In this document: positions 9,864 to 20,756 of the stretch, one piece after another
How the letters are laid out: every line of letters starts with the position of its first letter
Numbering within the stretch: position 1 is the first letter of the stretch
Origin: Nitrosopumilaceae archaeon
GTDB taxonomy: Archaea; Thermoproteota; Nitrososphaeria; Nitrososphaerales; Nitrosopumilaceae
Assembly (NCBI GenBank): GCA_965200155.1
Contig: CBDATR010000010.1
Coordinates: 96,001 to 160,000 of the forward strand
Length of the DNA stretch: 64,000 nt
Reading direction: 5' to 3'
Translations under genes and position numbers: made by a program
The notes under the pieces: generated by a model
The model's input: the letters and a program-made list of their open reading frames with translations, nothing else
What the model was told of the DNA's origin: nothing
The model's database searches: none

Positions 9864-12001
9864 GGAATATAGTTAGGGTTTACCTCGTATACAAAGATAC
9901 CAAATACTATAGGCTGTGTGTCATCGTTAAAGCTGGGCGAGGAATATACGAGTCGCAATGGCCCGTCACCGTCTACAGGATACTTTATGTCCTTGATATG
10001 AATTGGGATGGTTCCCTCCACATATCCTGTAAACTGGGCATTTGTAATAGGATCGATGTATAGTAGAGGGATATAGGGAGTCATGCTCCCTAGTAGCGTA
10101 TTGTCCCAAAAGTAGTCGGTACCGCTTATCCCGTCTGGTAGCACATATCTTGAGACAGGCTCCTCAGCTATTCGTATAAACCACTGTTTCTTGGATTCAT
10201 CACCACCACCACCGAGTATGTATATGGGATCCGTATCGGCAGGCAGTCTTTCTGCCATGATAAATGTCATGACATAATCTGCCTGCAAATCCTGTAGCAT
10301 AGTGTACGCTTGGTCCGGCGGACTCATTAACATTGTAGCTATATCCTGTATCCTTTTGGTGTCAATAGTCGCATTGTCCGCTATGCTGGCTCGCTCTCCC
10401 AAGGTCTGAGTCCAGTAACCATAGTCCCACCATGACGCTATTACGGCATCAGGTGGAGTATTTTGTCTTATCCAATCATATGTATCCAGCCAATCATTTG
10501 AGACGGCCGAGTATAGGGAAGCCCCATTAAGTATCGTGGGAGGACCAGATACGGCAGAGACAGTACTATAATTTGGTATTGCAAGAGGCATGGCAAGTAG
10601 TATAGATATACCCGCTATCATAATCATCCGTGCAGGCACACCCGCGCGAGAGCGGGAGACATCAACCATAAGTCGGCGTATTAGTACCGAGATGCCCAAC
10701 GAGGATAATATTATGACGGCGATGGAACCGAACACCTCTAAACGGATGAACGTAGAACTCACATATACACCAAACATGCCAATAATAAGCGCAAATGCTA
10801 GAAGTTCCGATGGGATTTTGTGAAACTCGGCCGTACGCCGATCCAGCAGTAGCCATACACCCACCCCAGCAAATACCATAAGTATGGAGTGGAATACGAA
10901 CGACTGGGATATGGTGGTGGGTTGGTGCTCAGATATGGAATCGGTGAGTGGACTGACAGATGACAAGAAGGGGTTCAATGCATGAAGATATCTAAAAGAA
11001 GGAGAAGACATGGTGCCATCTTCGGTGGCCAGTGGTAACACCGCCATACCACCCACCAGCATTGCGGCCAAGAGTATGGCGCTGTTACGAAGTATATTCT
11101 GTGGCCTAACTCTACGTATTATGTGCGATACCACCAAGAATACGGTCGCACCAGCTACCGCTACCCCTCCCAAACCAAAGATAAAGTCAGTTCCAGGTCT
11201 TTCATAGAGTAGACTGGTACCCAGTAGCGTAACAGTAAAGAGCGGTATTGTCCATATGGTAAATGCACTATCCTTGCGAAGGAATGGGAGACTTATTATG
11301 AATAGTGCCAAGGGGAGTATAAAGAACTGGGCCCCACCCCATGCAGAGAATGAAAGGGATATGAACAATGCGCCGAATACAAGTTTGGCAGCCGCCACAG
11401 GACGGGTGTTAGTCCGGATACCACTCAAAAACAGATAGACTCCCAATAGCCCGTAGAAGATACCCAACGGTTCGGACTTGAACCAGCCTGCTGTACCGCG
11501 TATTATTATGGGCAACGATACGGCAAACAGCATAGACGATATGAGTCCGGCAGTAGTCCCCCCTATGACACGCACCAATGCGAAAATAACAACTGCCGTC
11601 ATTGATCCTATAACTGCTGGAAATATTATGGTAAACTCGTAAAGACTAGACCCAAATCCAAATATGGTATACGCGGCCGCGGTAGTTTGATGTAGTGCAA
11701 CCTGCGATGTAGCAGAGATATCTCTTCCGTCCGGATACCAGCTTAGAGTGTCATTCCATTCATAGTACGCATCAAGACCATTCTCCAGCATATACTCGGT
11801 AGCCCGGTAGTTGAAGAAAGGATCAAACTCGTGTAATTGAAAGCCGTATTCCAGTGGTTGCGCACGTATAAGAAAAGATGCAACAAAGGCCATCGACAGT
11901 ACTCCTATTATAATCAGGTGGCGCGGCTGTAGCTTCACTAGTGGCAAACTGCAATGATCGTACATATTACTATTTGGTGTTAAGTATGGGTTGTAATGCA
12001 T
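9860..12001 (-). CDS. aglB: Oligosaccharyltransferase AglB/STT3 (true start probably somewhat downstream)
   Basis: HEFDPFFNYR, many TM helices, SWWDYG, DNAT. Confidence 0.9.
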   Translation of the reverse strand: MHYNPYLTPNSNMYDHCSLPLVKLQPRHLIIIGVLSMAFVASFLIRAQPLEYGFQLHEFDPFFNYRATEYMLENGLDAYYEWNDTLSWYPDGRDISATSQVALHQTTAAAYTIFGFGSSLYEFTIIFPAVIGSMTAVVIFALVRVIGGTTAGLISSMLFAVSLPIIIRGTAGWFKSEPLGIFYGLLGVYLFLSGIRTNTRPVAAAKLVFGALFISLSFSAWGGAQFFILPLALFIISLPFLRKDSAFTIWTIPLFTVTLLGTSLLYERPGTDFIFGLGGVAVAGATVFLVVSHIIRRVRPQNILRNSAILLAAMLVGGMAVLPLATEDGTMSSPSFRYLHALNPFLSSVSPLTDSISEHQPTTISQSFVFHSILMVFAGVGVWLLLDRRTAEFHKIPSELLAFALIIGMFGVYVSSTFIRLEVFGSIAVIILSSLGISVLIRRLMVDVSRSRAGVPARMIMIAGISILLAMPLAIPNYSTVSAVSGPPTILNGASLYSAVSNDWLDTYDWIRQNTPPDAVIASWWDYGYWTQTLGERASIADNATIDTKRIQDIATMLMSPPDQAYTMLQDLQADYVMTFIMAERLPADTDPIYILGGGGDESKKQWFIRIAEEPVSRYVLPDGISGTDYFWDNTLLGSMTPYIPLLYIDPITNAQFTGYVEGTIPIHIKDIKYPVDGDGPLRLVYSSPSFNDDTQPIVFGIFVYEVNPNYIP

Positions 12002-13052
12002 GAAAAGTAGGTCCGCTAGTCATTGGTATCTCGCTCCATCCATTTTACATCATTTGCCCTAATTGTCTGGGTCGCCTTTTTATTCCTGGAGTGGTGTTTC
12101 GCCGTTATCTATATCCAGTGAGAAGTGCAATCTTCTCTCATTGTAGTAGTCAACATAATCCCGGAGACTGTCATAATGCCATATCTCGTTGGACTCTTAA
12201 ATAAGAGTCCCCTAGTCCTCAATCATTCCATGGAAGCGCTCCAGTTTGCCATTTGTCTGCGGGTGGTATGGTCTGGAATTGATTAGTATGATATCTTGAT
12301 CCAGCAGTTCTTCCTAGAATAGTGGGTTTCCAGTTCTTTTTGCCCTTTTATTGTCCTACGAGACACGCGCCGTTATCCGAGATGCAGGGGCGCCGAATCG
12401 TTTCATTGCCAGTCTCAGTAATAGAGTGGTGTTCTCATGTTGCATGCTCAAATAGTGCCGCTCCGACTATACACCTGGATGCATCAACTATGAGATTCAG
12501 TCCCTTGAAGCGCTCATCTTTTCATGACATGCCAGTGCCACATTGCATTGGAATATTTACGCTCATAGCGTACCCACTCTGACTTTGCAGGTGATGAGCC
12601 TGCCATACCGTTCTTTTTCATTATGCGATATACTGCGCGATATATCATGTCTAAGCTTCTTTGCAATACGTACTACTCCGGCGGGGTCCCTGCTGTATGC
12701 TTCAGTTACCATTCGTATCTGGGTGGCAGTGATTGGTATCATGGACCTGCCCATCTTTACTCGAGTCGTTCCCGGTTCTCTGGTTCACAATCTGTATGAG
12801 TTCACGTCTTCCGGAATCTTGTGCACAAAAGAACCGGTTCTTTAACTGTCGCGATCAGTTGTGCGTAAATTTAGACATAGGTGAACTCATACCACAATCT
12901 TCGTACGTGTCTTGTTTCAGGTCTTGAGCTATTTTGGTGGAGGCAACGCCTCTTTTGTCTTGATTCCTCTGTTATTCTCTTTACCATCTGGCTTGTGCAA
13001 TCTGAACTACTGTACGCCGGATCCTAAGCGGACTTACTTTTCGTACTATTGA
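11992..13052 (-). mobile_element. IS481-like element, transposase pseudogene
   Basis: rve-like fragments (DASRCIVGA, SRPYHPQTNGKLERFH, YYNERRLHFSL); imperfect TIRs; paralog at 31628-32623. Confidence 0.8.
12794..12892. mobile_element. MITE-A (99-bp variant) inside IS481-like copy
   Basis: TSD CACAATCT; empty site in paralog near 32464. Confidence 0.95.
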
Positions 13053-13500
13053 GGGTAGGCGCAGAAAGCGAAAGATTGAGAAACAAATCACTCGACTACG
13101 ACAGAAAGCCAACAACATAGCGAACGACTCCATGAATAGAATAGTCCACGCGATCAAAGGTGTGGACAAGGTAGTACTAGAGGATTTATCACCGAAAGCA
13201 ATGACCAGGCATGGCGGGAACCGGAAAAAACAATGAACCGTTCCATGCGCGAGAACCGGGTAGGCGAGTTCCGCCGGAAAGTAGTACAAAAGTGCGAGGC
13301 ACCGGGGATTGAATTGGCGGCTGTGCCAGCGAGATACATGAGGGGGCGGTTTACCCACCCAACGAGCAAGACCTGTCACATGTGTGGACACGTTGACAGC
13401 AAATCACGATCAATTAGGGACACATTCTATATGTAACCGGGAGTTTCACGCCGATATCAACGCGGCGTTTAGTAACCGGTTTCCCTGTATGGGGCGGCAG
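13053..13500 (+). pseudogene. tnpB: TnpB (IS200/IS605/IS607-type) C-terminal relic
   Basis: VVLEDL, VPARY..TSKTCHMCG, HADINAA RuvC/Zn motifs, frameshifted; hairpin at ~13526-13562 may be an omegaRNA relic. Confidence 0.8.
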
Positions 13501-13906
13501 AACGTGTCGTCCGGGAGCGAGGAACCATTCCCCGCCCAACATGAGGCGTCAGGGCGGGAATGATGGTGACAAGCCAATGTGCTGCCTAGGAACGAGATGT
13601 CATGTTCTCAAAGACTTATGGTGACCGCTATAACAGACTTATGGAGTATTGCCATAGTACAGGAAATCAAATTGAAGGCTGCAAAGTGCAATTAGCGGAT
13701 GGGTACAACAACCGATCACAGTTATGCAACAAACTCTGACTATGGGGACTAACATAAGTCTCTGTTATGTGCGCCAGAGACTTGCAGAACGCTCCATGGG
13801 TCCGGCTATCTGGAACAGACCAGTCAGAGTATGCAGATGACATGAAATGGTTGCCTGTTATAATCACGATAGGTATTTTATGAGCAGTCATGAGCGACAT
13901 GATAAT

Positions 13907-15436
13907 ATGGCTCAGGAAGTGGACAGGACATTGCTTGAAAAGTTCGAGCAGCAAGTGTGGTCCCATATGCCGCATGATGCAACAACCGGCATAGTAAATG
14001 CCACGCCCATGGTGGATCTCACCGCCTATACGAAAGAGTGTGCGAGGCGGTTATACAATATCACACTGCCAGATAATCTCTCCGTTTGGGGTAAATTCGA
14101 CTCAGATCTCCCTACCGGTTCCATAAAGGCTAGACCTGCCGCATACATCATACGCAACGCCATACAGACCGGTATGCTCAAAAGTGATCAGACCATAATC
14201 GAGGCTACCTCCGGAAACTTTGGTATAGCCTTGGGCGGTTTTGCCAAGATGGGCCTGAACGTGATTTCCTTGGTATCGCGCAAGCTTCAGGAGGGCGTCT
14301 TCGAGGAGCTAAGACACGAGGGTGTTCGTACAATAGATTTGGATATGGATATTTGCCCGGCACCTGGAATGGAGGGTAGCGCCAATGATCTTGCTGCCAA
14401 GGCTACCGCTATTAACATACGATCTCAGCTGGCCGGTATGGATTTTGATCCCGCACTATTTGATCGGGAGCGTGACAGGATACATTCCCTATTGGCGGAC
14501 CAGGATATAATAAATCTGGCAAAACTTTTGGGGCGCATATACGGCATGTTCTGCCCTGAGCAGTACGACAACCAGCTTAACATAGAGGCTCACCGGACAA
14601 TTACCGGTCCGGAGATGGACCAGCAGCTACAGGAGAAAGGCAAGTCCTTGGGTGAATATGAAATATTCTGCACTTTTGGTACAGGTGGTACGTCAGGAGG
14701 TATACACCGGTACGTTCTTGAGCGTTACGGGAAAAAGTCGGTTCATGTAATATTTCCAGCCGCAGGCCAGGATGTGGCCGGTATCAGGACCAAAGCCAAG
14801 GCGGATGGGCTGGGATTATACAAGCCTGAAGACTATGCTGGCCAGCACGAGGTGGACTTTGAACCGGCTAGGCGCCTTCTCAAATTCTTCGTCGATAAGG
14901 GTTATGACATGGGCGAGAGTAGTGCCCTGGCGTTATATGCGGCCATGCAAATGGCAAGCTCCGGCAAGGCACAGCAATTTGTCATAATGGTGGCCGACGG
15001 CATAGGCAAGTACAAAAAGAGCCTAGTCGCTGCCGAGAAACCGCGCACACAAGTATCACTAAAAGAGGCAGCATCGTGTGCCGATGAGTATGACCAGATT
15101 ATATGGGTACATGCCCAATACACGCCCCGGGAGGCAGGCGTTGAGCTAATCGCAAAATCTCTCGGCGTGGACAAATCCAAGATATCCATAACCAAGGCTA
15201 GCACCGTGGGACGCATGCTCATGGCACAAAAGGTCCCCGAAGATATGCGCAACAATGTGCGGGGCAAAAAGGGCAAGTCACTCCTTGTATGCATGGCAGG
15301 AAAGACATCACTAATGGCCTCTCAGGTCTTGGCAAAGGACGGAATCGTGACACAGAGCTTGGTGGGCGGCATTACAGACTTGCCCGAAGGCCGAGGACGA
15401 AATCCCGGCGAGTTTATCCAGATGGCCATAGACTGA
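13907..15436 (+). CDS. PLP-dependent cysteine-synthase-like protein with C-terminal rhodanese-like domain
   Basis: PTGSIKAR, EATSGNFG, GTGGTSGG; LLVCMAGKTS...SLVGGI. Confidence 0.8.
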   Translation: MAQEVDRTLLEKFEQQVWSHMPHDATTGIVNATPMVDLTAYTKECARRLYNITLPDNLSVWGKFDSDLPTGSIKARPAAYIIRNAIQTGMLKSDQTIIEATSGNFGIALGGFAKMGLNVISLVSRKLQEGVFEELRHEGVRTIDLDMDICPAPGMEGSANDLAAKATAINIRSQLAGMDFDPALFDRERDRIHSLLADQDIINLAKLLGRIYGMFCPEQYDNQLNIEAHRTITGPEMDQQLQEKGKSLGEYEIFCTFGTGGTSGGIHRYVLERYGKKSVHVIFPAAGQDVAGIRTKAKADGLGLYKPEDYAGQHEVDFEPARRLLKFFVDKGYDMGESSALALYAAMQMASSGKAQQFVIMVADGIGKYKKSLVAAEKPRTQVSLKEAASCADEYDQIIWVHAQYTPREAGVELIAKSLGVDKSKISITKASTVGRMLMAQKVPEDMRNNVRGKKGKSLLVCMAGKTSLMASQVLAKDGIVTQSLVGGITDLPEGRGRNPGEFIQMAID

Positions 15437-15590
15437 AGTGTGTCATATGTGGCATTAATTATTGCTCCAGACACAGGGCATTTCCTGCCAACCAGTCATC
15501 GCCAAACGGGCATCTCCGAATTTGCATATTCCCGGGTTTGCCGCTTTTCACACCAAAGGCTTTAACAAACCATAATTATTCCCTGTATGG

Positions 15591-16178
15591 TTGAGCGCAG
15601 GGTGGTCATATACAACTCCGGGTATCCCCGATGACATGTTCCATCGGCTACCAAAGGTACCCATAACCAAAGAGGAGATACGGGCAATCCAAATATCCAA
15701 GGCCAGACTGAGACAGGGTGACACCGTATATGACATAGGATGTGGTAGCGGTTCAATATCTGTGGAGGCGGCTCTTCAGGTGGGACCCGCGGGTAATACT
15801 ATTGCCGTTGACATGGATGATAATGCAGTACGGCTTACCAAGACCAACATGGATCACTTTGGTGTGGACCTGAATATAATACACGGCGAGGCCACCTCGG
15901 TGATACCTAGTTTGCCCCTGGCAAATGCCGCATTTATCGGTGGCACAGGGGGTCGTACCGCGGACATATTGAGGATGTGCTGCGACAAAGTGTCACCCGG
16001 CGGCCGTATCATAGTGGGTACCATCTTGGTGGAGACACTATACGCAGTACTGGAAGTAACAAAAGACATGACTGACACAGACATTACGCAGGTAACCGTA
16101 CTCAAGAGCAGGCGCACCGAGACGGGAACAATGATGCTGGCCCGGAACCCCGTTACCATAGTTACCGTTACGGTCTAG
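15591..16178 (+). CDS. cbiT: Cobalt-precorrin-6B C15-methyltransferase
   Basis: PITKEEIR, DIGCGSGSIS, ARNPV. Confidence 0.9.
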   Translation: MSAGWSYTTPGIPDDMFHRLPKVPITKEEIRAIQISKARLRQGDTVYDIGCGSGSISVEAALQVGPAGNTIAVDMDDNAVRLTKTNMDHFGVDLNIIHGEATSVIPSLPLANAAFIGGTGGRTADILRMCCDKVSPGGRIIVGTILVETLYAVLEVTKDMTDTDITQVTVLKSRRTETGTMMLARNPVTIVTVTV

Positions 16179-16191
16179 ATTTTATTGGGGG

Positions 16192-16929
16192 ATGCGCCCT
16201 ACCCCTTCCATGTCAGGCTTGACTGCAATAGGTGTGGGGCCCGGGGATCCAGATCTTTTGACGGTCAAGGCGGTGCGGGCAATACAGGAGGCCGACACCA
16301 TAATGTGTCCTGCATCGCGTCATGACAGGCCAAGCATAGCGCTCTCGGTTATAGAGTCCCTTGTTGATCGCACCCGTCAGGACGTGATCAAGCTAATCTT
16401 TCCCATGACAAAGGATACTCATATCTTGGAGTCCACCTGGGAGACAAACGCCAAGCTAATTGCCCAGAGGGTTCTACAGGGCGGCAGTGTCGTATATGTG
16501 ACTGTGGGTGATCCATACCTGTACAGTACCTGGATATACATGAGCCGTAACCTGGAACGGGATTATCCTGACATGAACATAAGCGTAATACCAGGTATAG
16601 TTTCCATGTTCACCTTTGCGTCCAAGGTAGGGGTAAGTATAGCCGAGGGTGCCGAGAAGGTATCCATAATACCCTCGTGCTATGACTTGGGCGCCGTTAC
16701 TGCTATAGCCAAGAGCTCTGATGTGCTGGTATTCTTAAAGGACGGTCGCTACTTTGAGAACGTGATAACGGTACTACGGGATGCGGGCTTTCCAAAGGAT
16801 TCCATATTTGCAATAGGACAGGACTTGGGGACGGATCACGAGATAATACGACGCCTTACCCTGGGTGAGGTGGACAGGGGAGCCCTTACAACAAAATACT
16901 TTTCCATACTGGTGGTTAAGCGTGTCTAA
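16192..16929 (+). CDS. cobI: Precorrin-2 C20-methyltransferase (CobI/CbiL)
   Basis: GVGPGDPDLLTVKA, FPMTKD, GDPYLYST. Confidence 0.88.
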   Translation: MRPTPSMSGLTAIGVGPGDPDLLTVKAVRAIQEADTIMCPASRHDRPSIALSVIESLVDRTRQDVIKLIFPMTKDTHILESTWETNAKLIAQRVLQGGSVVYVTVGDPYLYSTWIYMSRNLERDYPDMNISVIPGIVSMFTFASKVGVSIAEGAEKVSIIPSCYDLGAVTAIAKSSDVLVFLKDGRYFENVITVLRDAGFPKDSIFAIGQDLGTDHEIIRRLTLGEVDRGALTTKYFSILVVKRV

Positions 16930-17680
16930 AGTCTACTTTGTGGGGTGCGGGCCCGGGGACCCGGAGCTTATCACGATAAAGGCGGTCAATTTAATCAAGG
17001 CCGCCCAAACGGTAGTCTACTCCGGCTCGCTCATACCTGACGCAATACTGGCATACTGCACCGGCACCAGGTACGATGCATCCTCCATGGTACGCGAGGA
17101 GATAACCGATGTACTGTATGAGTCTGCCATACAGGACAAGATTACCTTACGCCTGCACGATGGCGACCCCGGCATATATGGCGCCATCCAGGAACAGATT
17201 GATGTCCTCGCCCAGAGGGGTGTTGCGTCGGTGGTGGTACCCGGAGTCACCGCCATGTTGGCCTCGGCTGCGGCGCTACGAACACAGCTCACACTGCCGG
17301 GCGTGACCCAGACCATAATAATAACGCGCGTTGCGTCCCGTACTGGTGTGCCTTCCGCCGAGTCCATAGAGAGCCTGGCACAGCATCACTCTACCATGGT
17401 ATTGTATCTGAGCGTCCACTTGCTGCCGGAGATAGTACGGCAGGCCGTATCCGGAGGATATGATATGAGCACCCCTGTTGCGGTGGTGTACCGGGCCAGC
17501 TGGAAGGACCAGCAGATAGTGACCGGCACCCTTTCTGATATACACGAAAAGGTGCGGGCCGCCCGCATAACCAGAACGGCCACAATAATAATAGGCGATG
17601 TCATAAATCCGTCCCACTACGAATACTCCAGACTGTATGACAAGGAGTTTAGTCACGGATTTCGAAGAGCCCAAGTCTAG
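16922..17680 (+). CDS. cobM: Precorrin-4 C11-methyltransferase (CobM/CbiF)
   Basis: RLHDGDPGIYGAIQEQ, TLPGVTQT, SRLYDKEFSHGFR; GTG start at 16922. Confidence 0.9.
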   Translation: MSKVYFVGCGPGDPELITIKAVNLIKAAQTVVYSGSLIPDAILAYCTGTRYDASSMVREEITDVLYESAIQDKITLRLHDGDPGIYGAIQEQIDVLAQRGVASVVVPGVTAMLASAAALRTQLTLPGVTQTIIITRVASRTGVPSAESIESLAQHHSTMVLYLSVHLLPEIVRQAVSGGYDMSTPVAVVYRASWKDQQIVTGTLSDIHEKVRAARITRTATIIIGDVINPSHYEYSRLYDKEFSHGFRRAQV

Positions 17681-18407
17681 CCACACTCTTCATGATTCCC
17701 AGTTTGGCCAATCTGTCCTGTATGTATTCTCCGGACGAATACACACTCAGTCTACCGCGTCCCTGAGTGCCGGTTATATCCGTGACGTGGCGGGCTACTA
17801 TGTCTGCCGGATCCAGAAACGTAACATCTGTCCTGCATTCTGACATTATGTCGTGCAGGAATGGCAGGTGCGTACTGGACAGGGTGCAGATATCCGCATC
17901 CCCGATATTCCCAAGAAAACTATCCACTACCTTCCTGCACCTGTCTGTGTCACCAAGAAACCTGCCGCTCTCCACTAAATCTACCAGTATGGTGGAATCT
18001 ATTCCCCGTACACTGATGCGCGGATCCAGATTGCAGGATCGAACATATTGCTCCAGTGCCCCGCTCCTCACAACCGTCTGTGTGACCAACACGGCTATGC
18101 TGTTGTTCCTGGTAATGCGGGCGGCCTCGGTTAATGGTGGCCGTACACCTATAACATCGTGCTCATCTATATTCAGTGTAAGGGTGGGCGTGTTTGATCC
18201 CACCACTATCAGGTCTGGCCTAAAACATCTGCGCAGTCCTGATATGGTGCTCCGTATTATGTTCTCCAGGACATCTGCGGGCTTTTTTCCATAGGGGTAG
18301 CTTGCAGTATCTGCATAGTATATGATGTCACACCTGGATATGGCACGTATGGCATTAACTATGCCCAGCGAGCCCAGCCCGGAATCAAAAACGGCTATCA
18401 ATGCCAT
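17649..18407 (-). CDS. Glutamate-racemase-like protein with Ser at both catalytic positions
   Basis: VFDSGLG, YPYGKK, GSNT, SSTH. Confidence 0.8.
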   Translation of the reverse strand: MALIAVFDSGLGSLGIVNAIRAISRCDIIYYADTASYPYGKKPADVLENIIRSTISGLRRCFRPDLIVVGSNTPTLTLNIDEHDVIGVRPPLTEAARITRNNSIAVLVTQTVVRSGALEQYVRSCNLDPRISVRGIDSTILVDLVESGRFLGDTDRCRKVVDSFLGNIGDADICTLSSTHLPFLHDIMSECRTDVTFLDPADIVARHVTDITGTQGRGRLSVYSSGEYIQDRLAKLGIMKSVARLGLFEIRD

Positions 18408-18572
18408 GCATGACTGTCGCGGCGGGGCAGTTATTATTTTCTGTCATACTTTTGCGAGAGTACAGTATGGATACAAAGATGTTCATCTAGTCAACCCCCC
18501 TTCAATCATTCCCAGTGAACTCGCACTATTCCTTGAACCTCAATATTAAATACCAACATTATACTGTCTATC

Positions 18573-19217
18573 ATGACAAACTTCGAAAAGACATGGAATC
18601 AACAAGACAAACCGGGAGTATCTGACAAGATACACAATACCTTCAAGCCCGATGCACCTCTAAAGCCCAGAGTGCATGATGGCGTAAACAAACTCCAGAT
18701 ACAGATATCCAAGCTTGACACTATGTTAAGCAAGATACGCGACAGAGACGCAAGGCTCTTCCAGAGAATTGTTTTGGCACTGAAGAATCACGACACCCAT
18801 CAGAGCAAGATACTGTCAAATGAACTGGCAGAATTGCGCAAGGTGGCCAAGATGATGGGTAACGCCCGCATGGCATTGGAGCAAGTACAGCTGCGTCTTA
18901 CAACTATACACGACCTAGGCGATGCAATGGTATCAATTGCACCTGCAATGCAAACCATGAAGGGCCTTAAATCTTCCTTGGGCCGATTCATGCCTGAGGC
19001 AGACTCTGAACTGAACTCAATGACGCAGACGCTCAATGGAATGGTGATGGACTCATTGGCAGGCGATTCCTTTGGCATGGATGCTAGCGTATCCAACGAA
19101 GAGACAGACAACATACTGCAGGAGGCATCCTCTGTGGCAGGCCAGCAGGTCGGAGACATGTTCCCCTCGGTACCTACCCCTTCTGCTACATCACAGTCAA
19201 CATCCACGTACGAGTAA
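18573..19217 (+). CDS. ESCRT-III / CdvB-like Snf7 family protein
   Basis: Coiled-coil, NELAELRK, LEQVQLRLTT, ILQEAS. Confidence 0.85.
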   Translation: MTNFEKTWNQQDKPGVSDKIHNTFKPDAPLKPRVHDGVNKLQIQISKLDTMLSKIRDRDARLFQRIVLALKNHDTHQSKILSNELAELRKVAKMMGNARMALEQVQLRLTTIHDLGDAMVSIAPAMQTMKGLKSSLGRFMPEADSELNSMTQTLNGMVMDSLAGDSFGMDASVSNEETDNILQEASSVAGQQVGDMFPSVPTPSATSQSTSTYE

Positions 19218-19292
19218 CACATAATTTTTTACTCTGTTTTTTAGCTAGGCAACATACTAACGCCGCGTGTATCCATGATGGCTCCTACAATA

Positions 19293-20429
19293 CTAGCCTA
19301 GCAGTTTTTCGTGAAAAGTCCACTTTTTATTCAGCACAAAGTTACCAAAGGCTGCCGTAAGCACTCCGGTGACCAGCGATATGTGGTATGACCAGCCTCC
19401 CTCCACCATATAGAATACTATTCCCAGCTGTATCATGGCGCCCAAGGAGCTAAACCCTAGAAACTTGCCATACTGTATAAGGGTGGGACCTGGCGCAAAT
19501 TGCCGTTCCTGGAACGTCCATACCTTGTTGAACACAAAGTTCGTACTCATGGAAGTGAATATTCCCAGTATATTTGCATGCAGATACCAAAATTCCACGG
19601 TCTCTGTGAGGAATAATGATACGACAAAGTTTACCAGGAGGCCGGTGGTCCCTACAGTAAAGAATCTCCCGGCCTTTGAGATGAACTTTACCGATTTACG
19701 TCGCTCAATACCGTCATGCCAGTAGAGATTCCAGACTGATTTACAATAATCCTTTACGACATCACCACTCATCTTACTATTCCCGGACTGGCGATCCCGG
19801 AACGTATACGGTATCTCGGCTATGCGGGCCCCCCGCACTTTTACCAGCATCTCCATGAGTACCTTGAATCCTATGCCCTCAAAAGCTATGTCATCCAGTA
19901 GGTTCCTCCTAAAGGCGAAGAATCCTGACATGGGATCCTTGACCTTTATGCCCAGTCCGTGTTTGGCTATGGCGGTACCAAACATACTCAACAGGCGACG
20001 CTTGACGGGCCAGCCATCGATGTGGCCTCCCCGTATGTATCTGGAGGCTACGGCAATATCGCATCTGTGACGGACGGCATCCAACAGTTTGGGTATTATC
20101 TGGGGTGGGTGCGAAAAGTCGCTGTCCATTACAACCACTGTGTCTCCCTGGGCATGCTTTATTCCATGCAGTATGGCAGAGCTTAGGTTGGTCTTTGCCT
20201 TGCGGTGTATTATCTCGATAGTGTGATTGGCTATGCTCCTGGTTTTTTTGAGATACTCCTCCACTATACGACCGGTCCCGTCCGGCGAGTTGTCATCGAC
20301 GACTATGGTCTGCGCCTTCATACTATTGGGCAGGGACTCCTTTATGGAGCGCAGCACATTCAGTATGTTCTGGGACTCATTATACGTGGGCAGTATTATG
20401 GAGACCTGCGGTCTGCTGGTAACGTTCAT
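19293..20429 (-). CDS. Polyprenol-phosphate mannosyltransferase (GT2) fused to GtrA-like domain
   Basis: PTYNE, VDDNSPDGT, MDSDFSHPP, C-terminal NFVLNKKWTF. Confidence 0.88.
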   Translation of the reverse strand: MNVTSRPQVSIILPTYNESQNILNVLRSIKESLPNSMKAQTIVVDDNSPDGTGRIVEEYLKKTRSIANHTIEIIHRKAKTNLSSAILHGIKHAQGDTVVVMDSDFSHPPQIIPKLLDAVRHRCDIAVASRYIRGGHIDGWPVKRRLLSMFGTAIAKHGLGIKVKDPMSGFFAFRRNLLDDIAFEGIGFKVLMEMLVKVRGARIAEIPYTFRDRQSGNSKMSGDVVKDYCKSVWNLYWHDGIERRKSVKFISKAGRFFTVGTTGLLVNFVVSLFLTETVEFWYLHANILGIFTSMSTNFVFNKVWTFQERQFAPGPTLIQYGKFLGFSSLGAMIQLGIVFYMVEGGWSYHISLVTGVLTAAFGNFVLNKKWTFHEKLLG

Positions 20430-20756
20430 GACTGAGGAATTTTGGAAGCTTTTTAAATTTTAAGCGTTTTTGTTAGTGTGGGAGCAGTCGGTATCCTGAC
20501 TATGATTCTTGCAGCGAAAAATCCCGTCCATACGTTTCATGGTATGAATCTCGCTGCTATGGCAACTGACATGCTATCTGATCCCCCATTTGTGACACGC
20601 AATCCCGGTCTTATATACCACAAACATGGAATGCTCTATACGTGTTCCTGATCATTTCCCGCCAGTCGCGTGAGTCCATGCAAAGGGTCTATTCCATAAT
20701 TATTATGACCAGAAAGGCGCATGCACAACACGCACCCAAGTGGTGAATTATCTGCC

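Noticed and set aside
14113-14122. ACCGGTTCC in the cysteine-synthase-like gene as a filler
   Set aside because: Encodes the conserved PTGS motif; coincidental.
20460-20700. Possible zinc-ribbon transposase relic on minus strand
   Set aside because: Too degraded to support a call.
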